This document shows positions 12,143-22,916 of a DNA stretch of 64,000 nt, piece after piece. The translations under genes and the position numbers were made by a program. Source of the DNA: the human T2T-CHM13v2.0 reference genome, Homo sapiens. The DNA lies in the NCBI RefSeq assembly GCF_009914755.1, contig NC_060946.1. The stretch is one strand, 5' to 3'. How positions within the stretch are numbered: the stretch's first letter is position 1; every line of letters begins with the position of its first letter. The notes beneath the pieces were generated by a model that was not told the DNA's origin, searched no databases, and was given only the letters and a program-made list of their open reading frames with translations.

Positions 12143-13551
12143 GATGGGGATGGTGCTGGGCTGGAGGGCTTCCCGGGGGGCAGCTGACCTCTGCACACCC
12201 TTATCTACCCCTACAGAAATGGCAGAGGCTGGGCAGCCTGGTGTCACCCAAACCCGCATCAGGCAGGGACTTGCAGGCTCCCACTGCTGCCCCCTACCTC
12301 CTGCCTCTGGCTGAACTTGGTGTTTTCAGCCCTTCAGCATGTCTGCCTTCACTGGGTGGTCTTTGCCACCTCCAGCGAGCTTTCTGCCATCTGTCTGTCT
12401 GTCCTGCTGTCTGTCTGCCTGCTCTTTTTGTGTCTCTTTCTGGCCGTACCTATGGTTCCCATGGTGTCACTGCTTCGTTGTCCTGGTCCTTCTTCACATC
12501 CGTGTCCCTGCTTTCCTGTCTCCATGTCTCCATCTCTCCATGCCCCACCTTTGCCCCTCACTCCCTTGTCTCTATCTGTCTGTCTGTCTGTCTCTGCCCA
12601 TCTCCGCCCCTCCCTCTCCATGTCCCCTCCTCCTTGGGCTCCCACTTGCTGTGTCTATATTCGTCTGTGTGTCTCTGTCCCGGAGAAATGCTTTCATGAG
12701 TGATGGATGGTCCATTAGAAAAAGATTAACAGGTGTGCTGAATGGAGGAACATCTGTTGTGAGGGAGGAGGAGGCGCGGGGTGACCTTTTGGATGGCAGT
12801 GGCTCCCTGCATCCCTGGTAGGAGTGTGTGCGTGGCGCGCGCGGCTGGAGCCAGCTGATCATCATCACGGAGTGTCAGCGCCTACAGCTTTCATCTCCGC
12901 GGACATCGCTTACTGGGCTGGCAAATTGCTGGCTCTGAGCAGCATCTGGACCCTGGCTCAGTCCTCCCCACCGAGGGTCCCTCTCAGGGTCCTACTCCTC
13001 TTTTGGGACGACTTCTTGAGTCAGATGTAATTACAGATGGAAATGGGCCTTCTCCTTTCATCTGGGCTTGAGAGGAGCTGGCAGTTTTATTAGCTTTCCC
13101 AGGCATCAGGCTGGAAGCTGGCGCTTGGGTTGTTATTTTTTTTTTCCATCCTCCTTTTAACCCACATGGAGTCGGAGTCAGGTCCTTGCGGCTCCCCGTT
13201 GCTGATGGAGGGGCTCCTGCTCTCGGTCCTCTGCTCTCCCACCTCCCAGCCAGCTGGGTCCTCCACCTGCACACCCTTCTCTGCTCCCTGGCGCCAGCTC
13301 TCTCTTAGCTTTTAGGTCTCTGCTGAGATGTCGCTGCCTCCTGACCCCACTAGCACCGCTCCCCTAGCCACCCCCCACTTTCCTGGCGTCAGCACACACT
13401 GGCTTGGTTTGTTAACTTGGTTTACTGGGCTTTGGCCCCAGAGCACGAGCTTCTCAAAGGCAGGGACGGTGCCCTGACTCCCTCACCACTGCCCACCCTG
13501 GTAGCTCGAGCCCAGCACATCATGTCATTCAAATTTGTGGTAGCCATGCAG

Positions 13552-13583
13552 GAATGAATGAATGAATGAATGAATGAATGAAT
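13552..13583 (+). repeat. (GAAT)n microsatellite at the end of an L2 fragment
   Basis: gaatgaatgaat... preceded by L2-like 3' sequence. Confidence 0.85.
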
Positions 13584-14454
13584 TTGGCTGCAGTCCCCAT
13601 GTGGTGTAACGGGAGAGCAGTTTGGAGTCCAGCTTGGTTCAGTGCCCTGCCTTTGCCCTGCCACATCCTTGCTAGGTGGCTCTGAACAAGTCATTCCCCC
13701 TCCCAGTTTCCCTAGCCTCAGTCTCCTCATCTGTAAAACGGAGAGGCTAACTTGTGTTGGGCGTCAAATCAGGTCTCAACGACAGTGCTTCCTTTCTCTG
13801 TGATTCAGGCAGGGATGACCTGGCACCACAGTGAGCACACACCAGACACTTCATCAGTCCCAGGGGAGCCGTGGCAGGGAGAGAAGGGGCTGGGCCTCGT
13901 AGGAGCCTTAGAGGAGAGGCTTGGATGAATTGGTTCCTCACTCGACCCCGTGGTTTTATGGATAAGGAAACTAAACTCCAGAGGAGGGGGGAAGCAACTT
14001 TCCCAGGACCACACAGCCACTTAATGTCCAAACCAAACCCGGACCCCTCCAACTTCCCCCACTGCCCCCAGTCGTGGCCTCTAGTGTGGCCTGCTTTGAA
14101 CACTGGGGTTCTTTGAACAATGCCATTTGCAGGATATCAGTTAAAAACCAGGGGTAAACAGCTCTGGGAGCAGAGGGAGGCTCCACAGCTGTTGGGGGAG
14201 GGAGCTAGTCTCCCTCTGACCAACTAGTGGCTTTGGGCAGGTCCTCTAACCTCCCTGGGTCTGAATGTCCTCCTCCGAGAGCTGCTGGGAGTGCTAAGAG
14301 CCACCACGGGTGCTCTGTGTGCAGGACTGTGCCTGGCATGCAGCAGGTACATTGTGTCCACCGTCCTTTCATGGGGCACGATGTCCCCAGCCACCCTTGG
14401 TCCTGAGACGGCCATTGCTGGGAAGGGGAGAGAAAAGTTCTGCATGGGCGGGGG

Positions 14455-14665
14455 TTAAGGGCAGGAGTCTTGGAGCCAGGCTGCCTGGGTTCAAATCCTG
14501 GCCACACCACTTGTTAGCTCTGTGGCCTCAGGCAAGGGACTGGCGTCCTGTGAACCCGTGTCCTTGCCTGTCTGCAGACGGGTTCTTGTGAGGGGCTAAG
14601 TGAAGTGATGGCTGTAAAATGCATAGAACGGTTCCCGGCACGTGGTAAGTGCTCACTAAATGGGT
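14455..14665 (+). mobile_element. MIR
   Basis: ctgggttcaaatcctggcc...cggcacgtggtaagtgctcactaaatg. Confidence 0.7.
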
Positions 14666-15061
14666 TAGTGACGTCTAGCGACGCCTGTCCTGCTTTCCTG
14701 TCTTGCTCTGCATCTTAGCCGTGTGACCTCAGGCTGGCCTCCAAGCCTCTTTTTCCTCATCCGTAAAATGCGTATCAGAACACTTCCCTGGTAGTGTGCT
14801 ACAAGCCTCATTTCCAAATTTGTGGAAGGTCAGCGCTGTGGGGTCCCCCAACCCTCACCATCTCAGCAGACCTCTCACGACCCCAAGGTAGCAGAGTTGA
14901 GAGGGGCCCTCGGGGCCTTGTGCATGGGGCAGTGGGGAGACGGAGGTATGGTGAGGACACCGACCTGCCAGGGTCACACAGCCAGGGTGGGTGTCCAGAG
15001 GGGATCCACAGCTGCCCTCTGGCCTGACCGGGTCTCCATTCCCCACCCCAATGCCCCACAG

Positions 15062-15213
15062 CCGGAGGAGCTGACCAACATCCTGGAGATCTGCAATGTG
15101 GTCTTCACCAGCATGTTTGCCCTGGAGATGATCCTGAAGCTGGCTGCATTTGGGCTCTTCGACTACCTGCGTAACCCCTACAACATCTTCGACAGCATCA
15201 TTGTCATCATCAG
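15062..15213 (+). CDS. CACNA1I: CACNA1I exon 11 (IIS2-S3: [11 protein letters not shown]...DSIIVII)
   Basis: cacag|CCG; AG|gtaccc; 152 nt. Confidence 0.96.
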
Positions 15214-15239
15214 GTACCCCTCCCCCAACCCACCCGGCA

Positions 15240-15679
15240 GCAGAGTGCCTCGGGGGGACATTTACTGCAAAGACCCCAGCCAGCATATAAAGGACATAAG
15301 ATGGCTGTGGAAACCCGTTGCACTGAAACAATTATCGAAATAGTCAAACATTTGTGATTTAGCAACATATTTCTGTCAAGTTAAACAGCATGATCTAGCA
15401 GCGCGTCTGTGACTGCTATCATTCCGAGGAAGGGATGGGCATAAATCATATTGGGAAACAACTGCATCGGCTGTCACGTGACGTGAAGACACCAGTTACT
15501 TTGATTGCCACAAAGCCATAGGTACTGCTAATTCTCTGTGGCTTCCTGTTTACATTCATAACCAAAAGACACGTTAAATCTCAAAAAGAGGACAGTGATA
15601 TCCATGGACCTCCGGATTCTAGCCAGAGACTTCTTGTGGGGGTGGTGGTGGTCCATGGACTCCAAGTGAAGAGCCCCTG
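15240..15679. mobile_element. Old DNA transposon (hAT-Charlie/MER-type) remnant
   Basis: AT-rich block ending gtccatggactccaagtgaagagcccctg, like hAT MER termini; family uncertain. Confidence 0.4.
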
Positions 15680-15840
15680 ATTAGCTTGTGGCGTGGAGCA
15701 GCATCCAACATATTTGTCAGATGGATGGATGAATGGAAGCTCTGTCTCTCTGTTTTCCCTTCTCCCTCTGTCTTCCTCTCCCCCTGGCCTCCTACTGCTG
15801 CCTCCTACCTGTACCCTGGGCCTGCCCTGCGGGACCGCAG

Positions 15841-16026
15841 CATCTGGGAGATTGTGGGGCAGGCGGACGGTGGGCTGTCGGTGCTGCGGACCTTCCGGCT
15901 GCTGCGCGTGCTGAAACTGGTGCGCTTCATGCCTGCCCTGCGGCGCCAGCTCGTGGTGCTCATGAAGACCATGGACAACGTGGCCACCTTCTGCATGCTG
16001 CTCATGCTCTTCATCTTCATCTTCAG
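15841..16026 (+). CDS. CACNA1I: CACNA1I exon 12 (IIS4 [16 protein letters not shown] and IIS5)
   Basis: cgcag|C; AG|gtgagc; 186 nt. Confidence 0.96.
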
Positions 16027-16342
16027 GTGAGCCTGCCCTGCTGGGGGCCATACCTCAGCACCTGCTGGGGCTGTGGGCGGGAGCCTGGGGGATGTGGTCC
16101 ACTGTGCTTCTCTGGACAAAGCCACCTGGACCTGGGTGTGAAGCCTGACACTGTTCCTCAGTCCCCTGTGGCTTTCAGCAAGCATGAACCCCTAAGCCTC
16201 AGTGTTCATCTCTGTAAAATGGGACCAACGCTGCCCCGCCTCCCCCTGCCCTGCATTTTACTGAGTTGACTGAGAATGAAACAAGGTGAGTAGGCAGTTT
16301 GGTGCATGTGAGTCCGATGAGCCTCTTCCATCCTTTCCCCAG

Positions 16343-16460
16343 CATCCTTGGGATGCATATTTTTGGCTGCAAGTTCAGCCTCCGCACGGACACTGGAGAC
16401 ACGGTGCCCGACAGGAAGAACTTCGACTCCCTGCTGTGGGCCATCGTCACTGTGTTCCAG
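16343..16460 (+). CDS. CACNA1I: CACNA1I exon 13 (ILGMHIFG...WAIVTVFQ)
   Basis: cccag|C; CAG|gtgagt; 118 nt. Confidence 0.96.
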
Positions 16461-16606
16461 GTGAGTGGCCGCTGCGTGTTCATGTTTGCTGGGGAAGCGA
16501 TGGGACAGTAGGCCTGGGAGGGGCGGGGCTGACAACTCCCATGCCTCCTTGTAGAGCCTAGCCCTGGACTAGGGGTACCCCAGGGCTAACTGTGTCTCCC
16601 CAACAG

Positions 16607-16762
16607 ATCCTCACCCAGGAGGACTGGAACGTCGTTCTCTACAATGGCATGGCCTCCACTTCTCCCTGGGCCTCCCTCTACTTTGTCGCCCTCATGACCT
16701 TCGGCAACTATGTGCTCTTCAACCTGCTGGTGGCCATCCTGGTGGAGGGCTTCCAGGCGGAG
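16607..16762 (+). CDS. CACNA1I: CACNA1I exon 14 (repeat II pore ILTQEDW and IIS6)
   Basis: aacag|ATC; GAG|gtgact; 156 nt. Confidence 0.95.
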
Positions 16763-17253
16763 GTGACTGTGGTCTTGGCAGAGGAAGCACCCCCACAGGG
16801 TCTGCGAAAGACTGGGCGAGGGAGAGGTGGCCTGGATGGGGGAGGGCTGCAATTCAAACTTCTAGCAGGCAACCTATCCCTAAAGGAGGGGGTTGCTGAT
16901 GAGGTGGTGAGCTCTTCATCATAGGAAGCATGCAAATGGAGACTGCGTCTGCCATCCCTGCTCCCCCCCAGGGATGTAGGACTAGGCTTCTCCATCTCTG
17001 AGATTCGAAATCCCCCAAGATTAGGGACTCTGGGCCCTGCTCCCTCCGTTCTCTGAGGCTCTGGGGATACTTGCAGTCAGGCAGATGTAGGGTTGTGACC
17101 TAGGTTCTTGTTAGCATCTCATTTCCCTTTTCCAAACCTCAGTTTTCCCATTTGCAAAATGGCGGTGGAAACACCCATAGAAAAATTCTAGAGGGAGCTG
17201 GGAAGGGAGGAGCTGGACTGACCTGCATTCTAACGTGACGGATGCTCTCCCAG

Positions 17254-17347
17254 GGTGACGCCAATCGCTCCTACTCGGACGAGGACCAGAGCTCATCCAA
17301 CATAGAAGAGTTTGATAAGCTCCAGGAAGGCCTGGACAGCAGCGGAG
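17254..17347 (+). CDS. CACNA1I: CACNA1I exon 15 (II-III loop GDANRSYSDED...)
   Basis: cccag|GGT; G|gtaaac; 94 nt. Confidence 0.94.
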
Positions 17348-18017
17348 GTAAACAGGCCCTCGCTTGTCACCTAGAGAGCCCAGAGCCTTCTCCACAGATC
17401 CAGGTGGGCAGAGGGTACAGCGTCTGACTCCACCTCAAGCCCAGGCTCAGGGACTGCTACTTATCTATGGTTTGTTGTTTACGTTCATAATTGGAAAAAA
17501 TGTGAAATCTCAAAAAGAGGTCAGTGACATCCATGGACCCCTGGGATTCTAGGCACAGGGGTAGCCGCAGCCCACCACATCCCTCCACATACCAGGGCCC
17601 CTTGGTTAGAGCCTTGGGGCCTTAGGTCAAGGTGTAGGTTCTGGTCCTGCCTGGCACTACTGGGCATCTTGGAACAAGCATCCTCCAACCCTAGCCCAGT
17701 GTCTTTCTCGGTAACTGGGGCGGACAGTCCCTGCCTTGTTTCCCATAGTGGGCATGGGAGTGAGGTGTCAGGCTGGTTCTGAGCACAGAAGGCAAGGGGT
17801 CCACACATACCTAAATAAAGCTAAGAGCCCTGCAGGTGGGGCGAAGGGGAGGCACTGTGATGGGGTGCAACCAGGAAGACTTCCTGGTAGAGGAAGCCTC
17901 CTTAGAAAAGCTCTCCATTTCTGCTCCTTCCTTGTTTGTCTGTCTCGTGGCTCCCTTGCTGTTGTTCTGTCCTGTCTGCCATCTGTCCCTCCCTCTGTCT
18001 CCATCTCACTCCTCCAG

Positions 18018-18220
18018 ATCCCAAGCTCTGCCCAATCCCCATGACCCCCAATGGGCACCTGGACCCCAGTCTCCCACTGGGTGGGCACCTAGGTCCTGCT
18101 GGGGCTGCGGGACCTGCCCCCCGACTCTCACTGCAGCCGGACCCCATGCTGGTGGCCCTGGGCTCCCGAAAGAGCAGTGTCATGTCTCTAGGGAGGATGA
18201 GCTATGACCAGCGCTCCCTG
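18018..18220 (+). CDS. CACNA1I: CACNA1I exon 16 (II-III loop DPKLCPIPMTPNGH...YDQRSL)
   Basis: tccag|AT; CTG|gtgagt; 203 nt. Confidence 0.94.
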
Positions 18221-18874
18221 GTGAGTCCTTGTGGGGAGCTCTGGACGGGCGCTTCCTGCTGGGGTGTGTGTGGAGGGGCCCTGAAGAGAGGTACCTGCCA
18301 GTCTAGCCTCAGACTCTGGTGCCCAGCCAAAGTCAGGCAGGGGCCATGTCTGTTGCATTCCTGGGTGCCCAGTGCCAGAGTGGGACCTGGCAATAAGGAA
18401 CGAATGAAGGCCTAGTGCCAGTGGGGTCTGGTGCAGAGAATTGGATTTTCATCTCAGCAACAATGTGTAGGGTAAAAAGAGCTGGGCTTTGGAGTCAGGC
18501 AGACTGCAGCTTGAATCCACCTTCTGCCACTTCCAAGCTGTGTGACCAGGAGCAAATTACTGCCCTTCTCTGAGCCTCAGTTTCCTTACCTGCAAAATGG
18601 GAAGATGGCCCTAACTTGCTGTACCTTCCTCAAGGGAAGTGAGGTGGCAGGAGGGGATGTAACCTCCGGGTGGATGTGCCCCCATGTCCCTGTGGATGTG
18701 GATGGAGTGAGGTGGGACAGGGAGAGGAGCTCTAGGGTCAAGCCCATTCCATCACCCGCTGGCCAGGTGGGTGGTCTTAGAGCCACAGCGGGGGTGCAGG
18801 CTGCCTTTGGGCACCTGGTGCCCCAGCCGTGGGTGTGCCTGTGGGGCGCTGACCCGAACGGGAACTCCTTCCAG

Positions 18875-19345
18875 TCCAGCTCCCGGAGCTCCTACTACGG
18901 GCCATGGGGCCGCAGCGCGGCCTGGGCCAGCCGTCGCTCCAGCTGGAACAGCCTCAAGCACAAGCCGCCGTCGGCGGAGCATGAGTCCCTGCTCTCTGCG
19001 GAGCGCGGCGGCGGCGCCCGGGTCTGCGAGGTTGCCGCGGACGAGGGGCCGCCGCGGGCCGCACCCCTGCACACCCCACACGCCCACCACATTCATCACG
19101 GGCCCCATCTGGCGCACCGCCACCGCCACCACCGCCGGACGCTGTCCCTCGACAACAGGGACTCGGTGGACCTGGCCGAGCTGGTGCCCGCGGTGGGCGC
19201 CCACCCCCGGGCCGCCTGGAGGGCGGCAGGCCCGGCCCCCGGGCATGAGGACTGCAATGGCAGGATGCCCAGCATCGCCAAAGACGTCTTCACCAAGATG
19301 GGCGACCGCGGGGATCGCGGGGAGGATGAGGAGGAAATCGACTAC
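18875..19345 (+). CDS. CACNA1I: CACNA1I exon 17 (II-III loop incl. His-rich tract, ...EDEEEIDY)
   Basis: ttccag|TCC; TAC|gtgagt; 471 nt. Confidence 0.94.
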
Positions 19346-19760
19346 GTGAGTGGGGGCGGGGCCGAAGGGGACCTGGTGCGGTGGGATAGGACAGAAGTGG
19401 GTGCGGCCCCAGGAGGCGGGGCCCGAGCGGGCGGGCCCACGGGGGGCGTGGCCGGGGCGTGGCCGGAGCGGCTAGGGCTTCAGGTGTGAGGCAGGAGGGG
19501 TGGGGCCAGAACTGCCCACACCTGAGCTGGGCCGGCTCCTGGGAGAGAAGCCCTCCCTGGCTGCCCCCGGGGGGCAGAGAGTTCGGAGGTGACCCTGCGA
19601 CCCCAGTTGGCGCGATGGCCGCATGGGCGGAGACCGGCAACCCTGCGCATCGCTGACCCCCGGCGCTCCGTCCTCCTCTTGCTAGACCCTGTGCTTCCGC
19701 GTCCGCAAGATGATCGACGTCTATAAGCCCGACTGGTGCGAGGTCCGCGAAGACTGGTCT
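18880..19760. promoter_or_regulatory. Intragenic CpG island over exon 17, intron 17 and exon 18, with GC boxes
   Basis: Dense CpG including the intronic part; GGGGCGGGGC and GGGCGTGG motifs at 19352-19465. Confidence 0.65.
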
Positions 19761-19786
19761 GTCTACCTCTTCTCTCCCGAGAACAG
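19686..19786 (+). CDS. CACNA1I: CACNA1I exon 18 (TLCFRVRKMIDVYKPDWCEVREDWSVYLFSPEN)
   Basis: gctag|ACC; AG|gtgggc; 101 nt. Confidence 0.95.
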
Positions 19787-19932
19787 GTGGGCAGGGCCAG
19801 GCCTGGGGTGAGGGTTAGAGTAGGGGTAACGTGGGAGGGACGGATCTCTGCCAAGCCAGGCAAGGCCATTGGTGGCGCTCTCCCAGACCACAGCGGACCC
19901 TCCCGGCCCAGAGGTGGGGGTCTCCAGGGGAG

Positions 19933-20081
19933 AGTGCAGCCTCCTGAGGGCTGCTGGGTGAAGATGGATTTGGGGAGTGGGATTGGCTGGAGGAGGTCAG
20001 GGAAGAGTCTCAGCCTTGGCTTCCAAGATCCCTGGGGATCAGGGTTCCCTCTGGGGCTAGGCGAGGACTTTAGGCAAGACG
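19933..20081 (+). repeat. Copy A of a 149-bp dispersed direct repeat (copy B 25848-25996)
   Basis: Ungapped manual alignment, 14 mismatches. Confidence 0.95.
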
Positions 20082-20627
20082 GATGTTGGTGGCCAGGCTC
20101 TCCTGGGCTCTCCTCTAGTCTAGGCCATCCCTGTGCTGGGCACCAGGTTGAACCATTCTCAAGTAGCCTGTATGGCTTGCATCTGAGGGGACATCAGAAG
20201 GCTTCCTGGAGGAGGAGGCCTTTGTGCTGGGCTCTGGAGGCAGGTGGCATTCCAGTAGGCACATCAGGGGCTGTGAAGAGGAGGAGCCTGGTGCAGGGGC
20301 AGGGAGCAGCCTGAGGGAAGGCCTGGGGCAGAAGCAGAGGGTACTAGGCAGCGTGGTATCCTCCTGACAGGCTCAGGGATCTGGGCTGGGTAAGCCTCGA
20401 GTGCCAGGGAAAGGTGGGTGACCTCGTGGTGTGGGTGTATGGTCAGAGGAGGCAGCGCCAGGTGGGCACCCTGAGCAGGTGTAGAGTCGGCACCTGGCCA
20501 GAGGAGAGGATAGGGGTTGCTTCCTCGAGGCCAGCGTGGTCTGCACTGCTGCCTGGGCCCTCTGCCTTCCTTCTGGCCAGGGTGGGAGGCAGCTGACGCT
20601 CAGGCAGCCCCCGCCCACCCTGCCCAG

Positions 20628-20751
20628 GTTCCGGGTCCTGTGTCAGACCATTATTGCCCACAAACTCTTCGACTACGTCGTCCTGGCCTTCATCTTTCTC
20701 AACTGCATCACCATCGCCCTGGAGCGGCCTCAGATCGAGGCCGGCAGCACC
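20628..20751 (+). CDS. CACNA1I: CACNA1I exon 19 (IIIS1)
   Basis: cccag|G; ACC|gtgagt; 124 nt. Confidence 0.96.
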
Positions 20752-21000
20752 GTGAGTGGCTGTAGCCTTTGGGCAGGGCAGGCGCCAGGCCAAGGGACAG
20801 CTCGCCAGGGCTGAGCAGGGCAGGGAGACCTCACCGAGGTGGGGAGGCAGGACAGGAAGTTTGCCTTTGGGGCGGGGAAAGCCTCCGTGAACTGAGAGGT
20901 GGCAGCCTCTCCTCTACGAACCTTGGCCAAAGCAGCGGCTGGCCAGTGGCCGGGCAGCTCTGGGAGCCCCTGAGCCTATGGTATCTCCCGATGCTTTCAG

Positions 21001-21069
21001 GAACGCATCTTTCTCACCGTGTCCAACTACATCTTCACGGCCATCTTCGTGGGCGAGATGACATTGAAG
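21001..21069 (+). CDS. CACNA1I: CACNA1I exon 20 (IIIS2 [23 protein letters not shown])
   Basis: ttcag|GAA; AAG|gtagct; 69 nt. Confidence 0.95.
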
Positions 21070-21648
21070 GTAGCTCCCGGTTTCACCCGGGACCCCTGCT
21101 AGCCCCAGCTCGGGCCCCTGGCCCTGGGTCAGCCCCTGCCTCAGCTTGTCACTCGCCTGCCATCGGCTTCATTTCACTCGTAGCCCCATGGCCCACCCCT
21201 CTGGGTGCCAGCCCCGGGGCTGGGCTCCCGCGACCCAGAGGGGGTCAGCCCCGTCCCCATTCACAGGAGTCACAAACCCACCAGACAGATGGGTGCAGGG
21301 AACACTGAGTGTGATGGAGGCACCTGCTAGAGGTGTGGGGCGCAGGGGAAGCATCCCGTCTGGGGCGCTTCCCAGGGCGGGCAGTTTTCAATTGGATTTG
21401 CCAGAGGCACCGGGAACCTAACAGGGCGGCCTGCTGGGCCCTGACCCTGCCCTGTCCCCTCCCATCAACCGCCCTCAGAGGGCGGCCTGAACCCTCCCCT
21501 TCCCTTCGGCCCCGCCACTTGCAGGACCCCGCCCCCTCCCCGAAGCCGATCAGGCCTCGCCCCGCCCCCTTGCATAGAGCCCGGTTGGCCCCGCCCACCT
21601 GCCCGCCCCTCCCGCGGCAGCCTGACCCCGGCCCCACCCCCGCCCCAG

Positions 21649-21833
21649 GTAGTCTCGCTGGGCCTGTACTTCGGCGAGCAGGCGTACCTACGCAGCAGCT
21701 GGAACGTGCTGGATGGCTTTCTTGTCTTCGTGTCCATCATCGACATCGTGGTGTCCCTGGCCTCAGCCGGGGGAGCCAAGATCTTGGGGGTCCTCCGAGT
21801 CTTGCGGCTCCTGCGCACCCTACGCCCCCTGCG
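21649..21833 (+). CDS. CACNA1I: CACNA1I exon 21 (IIIS3-S4 [15 protein letters not shown])
   Basis: cccag|GTA; CG|gtgagg; 185 nt. Confidence 0.96.
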
Positions 21834-22407
21834 GTGAGGACCCCTCCTGGGCGGATGGGGGAAAGTGTCATGCACTGTACCGAGAAGCCACGGGTCGAAT
21901 TGGGCCCTCACTCCGCCCTCCCCGCCCGCCCACTCGGTCCTCCAATAGTGAGTGCCAAACACCCTGAGCTGTTCCCGGGGGAGGGGTCTGCAGACCCTGG
22001 GGGTGGGGTATGCTGGAAGAGCAGGGCTGAAGCTGGACCCCAGTATTGCTGCCCACTCTGCGTGTCCCTGAGTGGCTCGTTGCCATCTCTGGGTATCAGT
22101 CCCTAGACCAGGGTGTGGTGTGGACCCCGAGGAGCTGGGCACAGTGAGGGGTGAGGGCACGTACCCTGCTGCTGCTGTAGATCTGAGGCCTGGGTGCAGC
22201 TTGCCTCCTGCTCTGCCCGTGTCTGGGCTGCCTGGCCACTTTCTCTGCATTCCTGGAGACTGTCCTCATGCCCCAGGGTGTTCAGCCCTGGTGAGCCCTG
22301 GGGACTCATGCCCTGGGATACTCAGCCCTGGTGACTCTGGGCTGAGTAGGGGCTGCCTCCTGGCCTGGCCAAGGGATTATGTGTGCCTGGCCTCTCCCTG
22401 CCGTCAG

Positions 22408-22534
22408 TGTCATCAGCCGGGCGCCGGGCCTGAAGCTGGTGGTGGAGACACTCATCTCCTCCCTCAAGCCCATCGGCAACATCGTGCTCATCTGCTGTGC
22501 CTTCTTCATCATCTTTGGCATCCTGGGAGTGCAG
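22408..22534 (+). CDS. CACNA1I: CACNA1I exon 22 (IIIS4-S5 linker and IIIS5)
   Basis: gtcag|T; CAG|gtgagg; 127 nt. Confidence 0.96.
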
Positions 22535-22790
22535 GTGAGGGGTGCCCAGTCTGGGCAGGGACTGGGCTCTGTGACTGGGGAAAAGGAAGTCTCAGACAGC
22601 CAGGGGAGAGACTCCACATTCCAACCTCATGCGCCTTGCCAGCTGTGGGCTTCTCCTCCAGGGAGGGAGACAGACATGGGCCCAGATGACTGAGCACAAG
22701 ACAGTCTGAGTAAACGCGATCGAGAGGCGAGTTCCTCTCTGACTTGCAACCCTCACCTGTGAGAGCACCAACCTCACCCCCTTTCCCCAG

Positions 22791-22916
22791 CTCTTCAAGG
22801 GCAAGTTCTACCACTGTCTGGGCGTGGACACCCGCAACATCACCAACCGCTCGGACTGCATGGCCGCCAACTACCGCTGGGTCCATCACAAATACAACTT
22901 CGACAACCTGGGCCAG
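22791..22916 (+). CDS. CACNA1I: CACNA1I exon 23 (III extracellular loop LFKGKFYHC...RNITNRSDC...FDNLGQ; two N-glycosylation sequons)
   Basis: cccag|CTC; CAG|gtgagc; 126 nt. Confidence 0.96.
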
